Origin: an uncultured Candidatus Saccharibacteria bacterium
GTDB taxonomy: Bacteria > Patescibacteriota > Minisyncoccia > 2-02-FULL-40-12 > GWA2-44-9
Assembly: GCA_964513645.1 (NCBI GenBank)
Contig: CAZENF010000002.1
Span: 142,072 to 206,071 of the forward strand
Length of the DNA: 64,000 nt
Direction of reading: 5' to 3'
Part shown: positions 26,671-35,790 of the stretch, piece after piece
Layout of the letters: each line of letters begins with the position of its first letter
Numbering within the stretch: the stretch's first letter is position 1
The notes under the pieces: generated by a model
What the model was told of the DNA's origin: nothing
The model's database searches: none
What the model saw: the letters and a program-made list of their open reading frames with translations, nothing else
Made by a program: the position numbers and the translations under genes

Positions 26671-27924
26671 TTATGCGTCGGGTTTATTTCTCAAGTCAAT
26701 TATACTGGCGACCTTTTGAAGCTCATTCTCAAGTGATTTCTGGGCTTCACTCGGAAGTTGTTCTTTTGCCCCTGGTTGAGTCGGTTGTATAGGAAGAGGG
26801 TTTGGTTTAATCGGGGCGGCGCCAAAAGTCTTAGTACTGCTGCCGGCCTCAAAAGGGCCAAGGTCTGGGATTTTAAATTCCGGTTTTGGCGGAAGCTTGG
26901 GTGGAATTGGAGGCGCTTGGGTCACTGGAGGAGAGGCGGTCGGTTTAGGCGCTCTTATTTCTTCCATTGTCGGAACAGGAGCAGGTTTTATTTCAGGTTT
27001 TGGCGCTTGAGCAACTGGAACCATTGGAGCGGCGGGTGCAGTTGCCGGTTTTTGGAATTGAGGCGGAGGTATGCTGGGCTTTGGCGGAGATGCTACAGGA
27101 GGAGTGGTGGCTGGAACTGGGTTTGGGGCATTCTGCCTTGGAGGAAGCGGCGACGATTGAGGAGGTTTTGGGGTAAATGAAGGCGCGGGCACCGATACTT
27201 TGGCTTGAGGAACTGTCGCGCTTTGACCGGAAGGTGTTTGAGGCAAAACAGGTTTGGCGGGCGATATATTTGGAGAAGATTGAGGGGCACTCTTCGGTAT
27301 GGTTTGCTGTGCCTGAACCGGGGGTGACGGTGGTAGCGTAGAAGGTCTTAAAGCCGGAGACGGTGAAACAGGAGGTGCCGGAGGTCGGAGTGCCGGAGAG
27401 GGTTGTGAGACGGTCGGTGCCATGCCGACAGGAGGTAGCGGCGAAGGAACAGTTAAGGGTTTAGGTATGTCAGGTTTCTGGACGGTCGAGGATTCTTTTT
27501 GTATCTGCGCGATCTTTTCCGGGAATTTATTTCTCTGGATCCTTTTCAACTCTTCAATTATCGGGGTGAATGATTGCGAAACAATATAATTAACGACTTC
27601 AGCTGCCTTGTTTTCATCAATGTTTGATTGAGAAGCAAGGGTGCTTGGAAAATCTTTTATGAAAATATTGCCGAGGACTACATCGCGGACTAATTGGGCG
27701 GCCTTTGATATCTGAGGTTCTTGAAGCTCATATTTTAAACCGGCCAAGGTTATCGCGGTTGCCGTATCTTCTGAGGAAATAAAATTTTTAACCGATTCAG
27801 GCAAACGGCCGTAAATCTCAAAGAAGGCTTTGGATTCAGGAGTGTCAGAGTTTTTAAAACCAGCAAAATAAGGACTGGAAATAAAATACTGATATGAAGT
27901 TATGGGATTAGTGACCGGTTCCAT
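26671..27924 (-). CDS. proline-rich low-complexity protein (about 150-aa N-terminal domain plus about 250-aa Pro/Ser/Ala-rich tail)
   Basis: Long PxxP/PPxP tract (VPSPLPPVGMAPTVSQPSPALRPPAPPV...). No catalytic motif. Confidence 0.45.
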   Translation of the reverse strand: MEPVTNPITSYQYFISSPYFAGFKNSDTPESKAFFEIYGRLPESVKNFISSEDTATAITLAGLKYELQEPQISKAAQLVRDVVLGNIFIKDFPSTLASQSNIDENKAAEVVNYIVSQSFTPIIEELKRIQRNKFPEKIAQIQKESSTVQKPDIPKPLTVPSPLPPVGMAPTVSQPSPALRPPAPPVSPSPALRPSTLPPSPPVQAQQTIPKSAPQSSPNISPAKPVLPQTPSGQSATVPQAKVSVPAPSFTPKPPQSSPLPPRQNAPNPVPATTPPVASPPKPSIPPPQFQKPATAPAAPMVPVAQAPKPEIKPAPVPTMEEIRAPKPTASPPVTQAPPIPPKLPPKPEFKIPDLGPFEAGSSTKTFGAAPIKPNPLPIQPTQPGAKEQLPSEAQKSLENELQKVASIIDLRNKPDA

Positions 27925-27926
27925 GT

Positions 27927-30407
27927 TTATTTTAGAGAAGTTAGAAGTGTTTTAATTTGTTCAAATTCATTCTTAGCCGCATCAACCTGATACTTTGTTG
28001 CGGAATCATTAATAGCAAGTTCGTCAACTATCTTTCTGGCCATGTTCAATATACGCTGAGCTTCGGTAGATAATTGGGCAGCCTTCTGGCTATCATTAGC
28101 AGCTTTAGCCGATCTAATACCCGTGGTCAGGTTTTTTATATTATCCAGATACTTATCAAGGGGTTTTATCTTTTCATCGATAAAGGCGTCATTTCGCACT
28201 TTAAAGAATAAGGTGTTTAAGGCCTCCACTTTTTCCGCGGAAGCTTTAGGATGAGATATTATTGAACTAATTCTGCCGGGCGTAAGGTTTGCCTCAAGGG
28301 CAGTCTGAAAATCTGAATTAGAAATAGTGTCTTTCGATAGTTCAAGAATGTCCTCGGTACTTAGCTTTCCGGCCGCCTTTTTCAGGGCCTGGTCGTAAGT
28401 ATCGTTACCAAGAAGCTGCAAGGATTCTTTGGCTTTAAGAGCGGCGATAATGTTTTTCTTCTGAACTCTCGACAGGAAATTATCTTTCTGGTTAGCTGCC
28501 TGGAACAGATTTGCCGCGTCCTTAAGTTGGTCTGTAGTCATATCGCCGAAGTCCCCTTTTTCCGCCATGACCATAGCCATTTCCTTCTTCATATCTGGCG
28601 TCACCTTGCTATTGTTGAAAATAGATCTTCTTTGGTCAGCCTTGAGTCTCTCCAGATAGTCTTTGGCCTTCTTTACATAGTCTGCTTTGTCTGCTTCAGA
28701 CGTAAATATGGTGGACTGTTCTACAAAAACGTCCTCGGCGCTTTTAACTATATTGCCTTGAGCGTCTTTAATATCAGCAAATTCGCTGTTCTCCGCTCTA
28801 ACATCCGCTATTTTTTGTTTTAATCGAAGGTTGTTTACCTGGTTGTAAAGCATATCCCGGTCTGGCTTGCTTAGATGTTTAAGGTCAACTTTTTCAATCG
28901 CTCTTCTGGCGTTCATAGAACTAGCTCCACCGTATAGGTCGTAGAGTGATAAGACTTGGCCTCCGTTCAGTCCTTGCCGTTCTTCAAGAATTTCGAGAGC
29001 GGCTATCTTCTCATTCTTTGTACCGTTCTGGCTGAGATTCTGAAGTTCGGTTAGGTCTGTTATCTTTTGGACTCTTTGGCGGGCACTTGTTACTGCTTGA
29101 GCCAGGGTCTTATCTGCGGTTTCTTGGGCCCCGAACCTCTGGGCAACTCCTGATTGTAGTCTTTGGGCCCCCTCCTCACCTCCATATATGTAACCTAATC
29201 TTCCTGGTAAACCTTTCTTTTGAATTTCGCCAAGCTTCTCTCCCATAGCGCCGGTTACACCGGTTCTTCTGCCGATGTACTGGCCGAAGCCGATTGGTGC
29301 AGATGCACCCCACCTCGCTACAGCCGCACTTCTGGCCCAAATTCCGCCCGCAACCGCTCCGGCACTCGCGGTTATGGACATTGACCTCGCTATTTTAGCT
29401 CCGCCGATGAAAACTATCCCTACCAGAATGAAGAAAAATAATTGTTGAGCGGTGATGCCCAAGGTATCAATAAGGGGCCGGGTCGGATCTGTTCCGAAAT
29501 TTGCAGCGACCCTTTGTTGTTGTGCCAGCATGTAAGAACCGAAGTATATAATGAAAAGATATAACGGCATAAAAATATTCCAGCCGATGAACTCACGCCA
29601 CCAGTTATGCCACACCTTCCGGGTCGTAGGCAGAATAAAACCTATCCAGGCGATGGGAGAAGCGATAAGAAGCGCCCAAAGTATCGGTATCCGGACAATG
29701 GAGAAAAAGAAAAGCACCATCATACTGAAAAATATTATGGATAGTAATATCATTTTGGCGAAAGCGGCCATGGTGCTATCCCAACCGGTCTGGGTTATGG
29801 CCGGACTATTCTTCAAACTGTTCGTAAATGTATCGGCAAGAGCCGTGCCTTGAGCGACTCTGTTACCGATATCGCCGATAGAGGTCAGAAACACATTACT
29901 TAAAGACTGGGACCAGTCGATGATAATATTACCGATAACTAAACTGAAATTTATTAACAACACAACAATGAGAAATTTAACTATTAAAGAACTGAAATTA
30001 TATCCGCCGACATTAAATATCGTCCCGAAGGCCATTATTATCAGAGCAATAATGAAGAACATATTTGCAAAATCTCTGACTGTCGCCCACAAATCCCTTA
30101 CGACCGGAGCATTGGCTATCCCATAGCTTAGTACAGCAGTTGTGCCGGTTGACAAAAGACCGGTCCCATTGGCCAGGACGCCGTTCAAAAAGTTAATGAA
30201 CTGCTCTATGATACCTGTCCCGCAGCCCACGTCTGTTACCAGACAAAATGCGGCCGTAGCAACGGCACCTGGTACGCTTGCTCTTGCTTGGTATAAAGGT
30301 ACGGACGTGCTTAAAATCAAAACCATCAGGACTATCAGACCCATTTTGAGGCTAACTCTGTTTTTATCTTCTAAAATTTTAAACATTCTTTTTAAGATCA
30401 AGGACAA
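27927..30407 (-). CDS. VirB6/TrbL-like polytopic membrane protein with about 400-aa C-terminal coiled-coil extension
   Basis: About 8 predicted TM helices in the first 400 aa, then a long charged alpha-helical region. Size and topology match VirB6/TrbL-family channel proteins. Confidence 0.45.
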   Translation of the reverse strand: MSLILKRMFKILEDKNRVSLKMGLIVLMVLILSTSVPLYQARASVPGAVATAAFCLVTDVGCGTGIIEQFINFLNGVLANGTGLLSTGTTAVLSYGIANAPVVRDLWATVRDFANMFFIIALIIMAFGTIFNVGGYNFSSLIVKFLIVVLLINFSLVIGNIIIDWSQSLSNVFLTSIGDIGNRVAQGTALADTFTNSLKNSPAITQTGWDSTMAAFAKMILLSIIFFSMMVLFFFSIVRIPILWALLIASPIAWIGFILPTTRKVWHNWWREFIGWNIFMPLYLFIIYFGSYMLAQQQRVAANFGTDPTRPLIDTLGITAQQLFFFILVGIVFIGGAKIARSMSITASAGAVAGGIWARSAAVARWGASAPIGFGQYIGRRTGVTGAMGEKLGEIQKKGLPGRLGYIYGGEEGAQRLQSGVAQRFGAQETADKTLAQAVTSARQRVQKITDLTELQNLSQNGTKNEKIAALEILEERQGLNGGQVLSLYDLYGGASSMNARRAIEKVDLKHLSKPDRDMLYNQVNNLRLKQKIADVRAENSEFADIKDAQGNIVKSAEDVFVEQSTIFTSEADKADYVKKAKDYLERLKADQRRSIFNNSKVTPDMKKEMAMVMAEKGDFGDMTTDQLKDAANLFQAANQKDNFLSRVQKKNIIAALKAKESLQLLGNDTYDQALKKAAGKLSTEDILELSKDTISNSDFQTALEANLTPGRISSIISHPKASAEKVEALNTLFFKVRNDAFIDEKIKPLDKYLDNIKNLTTGIRSAKAANDSQKAAQLSTEAQRILNMARKIVDELAINDSATKYQVDAAKNEFEQIKTLLTSLK

Positions 30408-32164
30408 ATATAGCCTTGAATGCCGTCTGATGCTGCGTTTGGAGCGTTTTCACAAGTTGAAGACAGGGTCGAGTAATGATCTATCCCTGCAGCGTTTGAA
30501 CTCGGGACATAGCATCGATAGATCGGGGTATTAGCATTTAACATCGGGCTTGAAACAAGATATCCTATCACACCCTCATCACCATACGTTCCGCATGGAT
30601 TAGGGCCACTGGCCAGCATATGGTCTCCGTTTAAGAAACATGAATGAAGTTCTTGTGTATATCCGGGGACCGTAGCTGAAAGGACGATAAACGAAGGCCC
30701 ATCATATGAATAACCCAGCGGAGGAGGGTTTAATATCGGGTCTGGATGCTGGTAATGGTCTGGGCCGTTATAGTATCTTTGTATCGTCTCATTACAGGTA
30801 AAACTTGATGGCGGTGTGGGGATGGGAGTTGGAACTGGTGTTGGTGTCGGCGTCTGTCCTACTGGTGTTGGTGTCGGAGTTCCTCCGGGCGGAACTGTTG
30901 GCATTACTGTTGAGCAAGGTGTTGAAGCGGTCGATACTCCAACTGAAACAGGATAAGGTTTCGGGTTACCTGGGTCTTCAGGAGGATAAGGCAGACCGCC
31001 GGGCCCGGTCGGGGTTGTCGGACAAGGTATCTCCGGATTCGGTACATCAGGAGGATAAGGTTCAGGTTTATAGGGTTCCTGTTGGCGTTCGTCAGGTGCG
31101 GCAAGGTTAAGAACGCGGCTCATCAGTGTCGAAGTAAGGTCGGAAATTATACCCTGAAGAGAGTTGACGTTAGTTAACCAGGCAAGTTCTTCTTGAACAA
31201 CCGAAACTGCAGTTCCTTGAAGTGCGCTGCCGGGAGTTAAGATATTTTTAAAAACAATGCAGGAGCCGTTCGAGGCCCGTAAAAGACAACTGTCTTCAGG
31301 ACCATAACCGGTTCTCGAAGTAAAACCAAGGCCTGATACTGCTTGGTTCACGTCGCTACCTGACTCTAAAGCTCTTTGAGCCTGAAGTTCAGCCATCGAT
31401 AAAAGCATAGAGCCGTAATAGTTATTTTGAGGTTCGGCAAGGCGGGATAAAGTATTCCAGCCCCCGTTACCGGCAAAATTATTACGATAATTGCCCATTG
31501 AAAAATTGGCACCCATCGTACATCCGGCTCTTAAATTGAACGGATCAAGGTTACCTGTTCTTGTCAGGGGTCCACCATAGAAATTAAGGTTGGGCTGGTT
31601 ATTAGCATTAAAAACATTTTTCAGATCTCCGGAAAAAAAGGAACAAAGATTGGTTCCGCCAAGGATTGAACGGAAAAGGTTCTCACCTCGGTGTTCGGCG
31701 TCTATCTGAAAATTTCGCCAACTTCTGACAAAGGCTGGTCCTCCGTTCCGGCCGCTGGTTCTGACCGCACCTATCATTCTACCCGTCATCCCGTTCATTA
31801 TTTGTCTGGCAAAGCAGCGGCCGACCACATCGCCATAATTTTTAGCGCCTTCCAGGACCGCATTCATAGTCGGTACGTTTTGGGTGAACAGGTTAAAAAT
31901 ACCGAGCCAGTTAAAAACGTTACTAAGGGTACTACTTAAATTAGAAAGGATCTGTACGCCGGTATAAAGTTTGTTAATCACCCATTGGGCCAAAATTCCG
32001 CCGACCGAACAAGACACTCCTCCGATAAGAACGTCGGTAAAACTGACCTGCGCCTGGGGCGGAGGGGCTGATTGGGCATAGGCGTCCGGAATGAAGCTTA
32101 AGCTCGGCAGGATTACAGCCAGAATGGTTATAGATACTGTAAATATTTTAAAACTTCTGAACAT
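30398..32164 (-). CDS. secreted protein with Pro/Thr linker and Cys-containing C-terminal domain
   Basis: Signal peptide, Gly/Asn-rich central region, PTPTPVGQTPTPTPVPTPIPTPP linker, C-terminal domain with several Cys. Confidence 0.45.
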   Translation of the reverse strand: MFRSFKIFTVSITILAVILPSLSFIPDAYAQSAPPPQAQVSFTDVLIGGVSCSVGGILAQWVINKLYTGVQILSNLSSTLSNVFNWLGIFNLFTQNVPTMNAVLEGAKNYGDVVGRCFARQIMNGMTGRMIGAVRTSGRNGGPAFVRSWRNFQIDAEHRGENLFRSILGGTNLCSFFSGDLKNVFNANNQPNLNFYGGPLTRTGNLDPFNLRAGCTMGANFSMGNYRNNFAGNGGWNTLSRLAEPQNNYYGSMLLSMAELQAQRALESGSDVNQAVSGLGFTSRTGYGPEDSCLLRASNGSCIVFKNILTPGSALQGTAVSVVQEELAWLTNVNSLQGIISDLTSTLMSRVLNLAAPDERQQEPYKPEPYPPDVPNPEIPCPTTPTGPGGLPYPPEDPGNPKPYPVSVGVSTASTPCSTVMPTVPPGGTPTPTPVGQTPTPTPVPTPIPTPPSSFTCNETIQRYYNGPDHYQHPDPILNPPPLGYSYDGPSFIVLSATVPGYTQELHSCFLNGDHMLASGPNPCGTYGDEGVIGYLVSSPMLNANTPIYRCYVPSSNAAGIDHYSTLSSTCENAPNAASDGIQGYICP

Positions 32165-33070
32165 TTATTTTGGAAAATTAAAAACAAGACCTTCTGTCTG
32201 GACTTTATCGGCATAAGCTTTTATCGCTTGAGGGATGTTATCAGAAACTTTAGACAAAAAGCTGAAGGCAATGGCGGCTTTTATGGTGTCATCATTCGCT
32301 TCCGAAAGGGCTTTGTTTATTATTATCATTTCGGAGATTAATTGATAAAAACTGACATGAGCGTCTTTCCATTCGGTAGGCACCTTTGCTTGAGCCAAAG
32401 AATCGGCTATTTTTTGGAACTCATCTCTTTTTGATTTGAAGTAAGAAATGTATTCTTCATTTACGAACCCTCCGTTATTTGTGGCTTCTATCTTGTTACC
32501 CATATTTTTTATCTCATCAACGAACAAGTCCATGAATGATTTCCAGGTCTTAGTTGAGTAATCCACATATTGTTGTTGGCTTTCTTTTGAAGAATCTACG
32601 ATCGTGATTTGGGGAGGATTTGAAGGTGCCAAGTCTTTTATCCCGTCGCTTAACAGTGAGTCGGTTAGGTCGCTTAAGGATGAACCATAGTTTTTACTGT
32701 CCGGCTGGAGAGAGCCCTCGGCTAATCCTCCGATGAGCAGATTCGCCGCTTTACTAGTCAGGTTGTTGTTCAAAAGAAGGTCGTTGGGACCCGGTATCAT
32801 CGGGTCATGGCCCGAGGCAACCTCTTCTCCATCAAGATATCCGTCACCGTCGCTGTCAGGATTGGTATAATCAGTACCCCAATATGATTCTTGTGAATCG
32901 GTCAGACCATCATGATCAGTATCTTGGTTCGGGTCAACCGGGGCGATAGACGAGACAGGGTTGCTGATATTGGCAAGTTGAATACCTCTGAAAGATTCAA
33001 AAAAAGAAAAAACAAAAACAACGGCTAAAACAGCCAAGAGGCCGATGGATATTTTTATTTTTGTTGTCAT
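32165..33070 (-). CDS. N-terminally anchored protein with thrombospondin-type-3-like Ca-binding Asp repeats
   Basis: TM anchor then DTDHDGLTDSQE / NPDSDGDGYLDGEE repeats (DxDxDG). Confidence 0.45.
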   Translation of the reverse strand: MTTKIKISIGLLAVLAVVFVFSFFESFRGIQLANISNPVSSIAPVDPNQDTDHDGLTDSQESYWGTDYTNPDSDGDGYLDGEEVASGHDPMIPGPNDLLLNNNLTSKAANLLIGGLAEGSLQPDSKNYGSSLSDLTDSLLSDGIKDLAPSNPPQITIVDSSKESQQQYVDYSTKTWKSFMDLFVDEIKNMGNKIEATNNGGFVNEEYISYFKSKRDEFQKIADSLAQAKVPTEWKDAHVSFYQLISEMIIINKALSEANDDTIKAAIAFSFLSKVSDNIPQAIKAYADKVQTEGLVFNFPK

Positions 33071-33175
33071 AACAAACCAGCCGTAACAAAATTATCGGTT
33101 GGCTGGACACATTAATTATAGTATATAAAAATCCAGTAAAATACTGGTTAACTGTGCATATCTACAGTGAATGAT

Positions 33176-34984
33176 TTAAGGCCAGGGGAAGGAGGGATAT
33201 TTCGATTTAAGTTCGGTAAGCACGCTTTGGGGAACGCTGTTAGGACTCGTCCCGATCAGGCGTATAACTTTGTAAATATCGATTCCGAACTGGTCTTTTT
33301 TGCCGGAGACCTTACAGTCGAATCTGAAATCGTCAAAACATACTCCCGAGTAGGGTGCACCGTAAGTTATTACGCCGACTGCGCATGGAAGTAAGTCCCC
33401 TGTCTGGGTAGGAGGTATGTGGATGATTATTTTACCGAGCTCGTCATTGATGGCCGGCAATGGAAAAGGTGTAAAGCCAAGACCAAGAGCCCAAGGACCC
33501 TGTTGGTTTTCCTTATTATTGCGGTATTTTTGAGTTATAAATGGAAACTCTATTACTTTGCCATTGCTTGGTGTTGGCGGGCCGACCTCAATTGCGCTTC
33601 CGATAAGAGGAATGGTCACTGGACCCCCCAGCGGTACTGAATAGCAAACCCCGAAGAAGCAGAAGGTCGGTTGTTCCCAGAATGCATGAAATTTAAAATC
33701 ACAGGCCCGTTCGCTTGATAATATCGGACCGCCGAACGGAAACTGATGAGGGATATAATCTAATACTTGCGTTGTGCGTCTTATGGTCGTGATTATGTCA
33801 AAAACCTTTTTGACAATACAGATAATTCGTCCCCACCAGGCCAGTGAACAAGACGGAAAAACTGTACCTGTCCCGCCGGTTGGAAGTTCGCCCCAGTTCG
33901 GAGTTATATCGGTACTGGGCAGGTTTTGGGCAAAAGAAGTTTTAACCGAAAGCATGGAAACTAAATTCTTAAATATATTGTTAAGGAATTTGAAAATGCT
34001 GTCTAACCAACTATCTGATGGAATTTTTTGTTGTTCGGTGGTGCCGGTTGAGTTTTGAAAAGTTTGGACCGGTGACGGAGAAATATTTAAGATTTGTTCA
34101 ATTTGTTCCCGAGAAGGAATGTTTGAGGGTGATAACTTAGTTGTTTCTCGGACCGGCGTCGGAGTTATAATGCCGGGAGTTTTTTTGGATTGAGTGGAGG
34201 AAACCGGAGAAATTGGAGGAGAAGGAATAATGCAATAACCGTCTTTGGCGTATGACCCGGAACCATGTATGGATTGGCAGATTTGGTCGGCCTGGACACA
34301 TTGACCCTGATTCAGAAAATAACCCTGGGCGCACACACAGAGGTCAAGGTCAAATTCATAAGAGGAATACTTACCGTAGTATATCGGGCAGAAAACAGCT
34401 TTTAACAACGGTATGGATAGTTTTCCGGTGGGTGTAAAATCCGGTCGGCCTTGTGCTACTAAACATTGATGGTATTCAGCGTCAGCCGCCGCATAGTCCG
34501 TCATTTGCTGGCGGCATTGATCCGTCTCCAGTTTTCCAAGCTCTGAATTAGAAACACTCCCAAGATATTTCAGGAGATTAGTATAGGATTGTGCGGTAGT
34601 GCAGCCAAGCTCACTCGGAGGATAGCAGGCGCTTTTTAAAATAAAATCAGAATCTTGGTCGGCTTTTTGAAGTATTTGATCCTGGCATTCAGGAATGCCG
34701 TAGATAAAAGGAAAATTCTTGTCTAAGGTACCGTCTTTACAGACCACTGACCCCTCCTGATTAATGACGGAGCAATCCACTCCTCCATGACCGGAACATA
34801 TCTTTGCAAAAAACTCTTTGTTATATTCAGCTCTGGCTGCGGCGTCAGGTGTGGCAAAAGGAAGAGGAGAAGGGCTCGGAGCACCGGCCCCGGCGGTTAT
34901 AGCGCTTGCAAAATTATTCAATACGAAAAGAGTGGAGCAAAACAAGATAAATACCCCCGCTGTTATTTTTAGTTTTCGAGCCAT
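33176..34984 (-). CDS. secreted cysteine-rich protein (first gene of T4SS-like operon)
   Basis: Signal peptide. More than 25 Cys in 602 aa. No recognised domain. Confidence 0.45.
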   Translation of the reverse strand: MARKLKITAGVFILFCSTLFVLNNFASAITAGAGAPSPSPLPFATPDAAARAEYNKEFFAKICSGHGGVDCSVINQEGSVVCKDGTLDKNFPFIYGIPECQDQILQKADQDSDFILKSACYPPSELGCTTAQSYTNLLKYLGSVSNSELGKLETDQCRQQMTDYAAADAEYHQCLVAQGRPDFTPTGKLSIPLLKAVFCPIYYGKYSSYEFDLDLCVCAQGYFLNQGQCVQADQICQSIHGSGSYAKDGYCIIPSPPISPVSSTQSKKTPGIITPTPVRETTKLSPSNIPSREQIEQILNISPSPVQTFQNSTGTTEQQKIPSDSWLDSIFKFLNNIFKNLVSMLSVKTSFAQNLPSTDITPNWGELPTGGTGTVFPSCSLAWWGRIICIVKKVFDIITTIRRTTQVLDYIPHQFPFGGPILSSERACDFKFHAFWEQPTFCFFGVCYSVPLGGPVTIPLIGSAIEVGPPTPSNGKVIEFPFITQKYRNNKENQQGPWALGLGFTPFPLPAINDELGKIIIHIPPTQTGDLLPCAVGVITYGAPYSGVCFDDFRFDCKVSGKKDQFGIDIYKVIRLIGTSPNSVPQSVLTELKSKYPSFPWP

Positions 34985-35010
34985 TTAATAATTATAGAAC
35001 ATCGGACAAA

Positions 35011-35790
35011 TTACCTGAAGAGCAGGTCTGACAGTCTCTGCCAATCTTCAATTGAGAGATTTTCCGGCCGGGCTTGGATTTCAATGCCGGCTTTTTGAAG
35101 AGAGCTCGCTATCCCTTCTTTGGATTGACCAAGTTTTTTGGCAAGCGTGCCGGCAAGCTGTTTTCTTTTTTCTGAAAATCCCATTTTCATAAGATTGAAT
35201 AATTTAGTATTTCGGATAGCCGGTTTAGGGGTTAATTTTATAATTGCAGAATCCACTTTTGGCACCGGCCGGAAATTATTTTTTGATACAAATCCGATTA
35301 TTTCGGGCTCGGTATAATATTGGACAGACAAAGCCAGCAAGTTCATGTGAGGCGGCTTGGCAACTATCCTTTGGGCGACTTCTTTTTGGATCATTAATAG
35401 TATCAATTTTGTTTGAGGCCACTCTTCAAGTATTTTCCGGATAAGGTTTGAAGTAATATAGTAGGGTATGTTGGCGACTATTTTGTATCTCTTTTCCTGT
35501 AGGCCGTAATGGACCGGTTTTATTTTAAGGACGTCGTCTTCGGATATCTCTACGTTCGGAGAATTTTTAAAATTTTCTTTAAGCATACTCACCAGGTGCC
35601 GGTCTTTTTCGACCGCGATTATCTGGCTTGCCTTTTCAGCAAGTTCTTTGGTTAGATTTCCGGTGCCGGGGCCGATCTCGAGAATGATATCGTCTTTTTT
35701 AATATCGGCCGCAGAAATTATTTTATCCAGGATATGAGGATTGATAAGAAAATTCTGACCGAGGGATTTTTTGGCTGTAACTTTCATCAA
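35011..35790 (-). CDS. ksgA: 16S rRNA (adenine1518/1519-N6)-dimethyltransferase
   Basis: LGQNFL...EIGPGTGNLT motifs of KsgA/RsmA. Confidence 0.85.
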   Translation of the reverse strand: MMKVTAKKSLGQNFLINPHILDKIISAADIKKDDIILEIGPGTGNLTKELAEKASQIIAVEKDRHLVSMLKENFKNSPNVEISEDDVLKIKPVHYGLQEKRYKIVANIPYYITSNLIRKILEEWPQTKLILLMIQKEVAQRIVAKPPHMNLLALSVQYYTEPEIIGFVSKNNFRPVPKVDSAIIKLTPKPAIRNTKLFNLMKMGFSEKRKQLAGTLAKKLGQSKEGIASSLQKAGIEIQARPENLSIEDWQRLSDLLFR

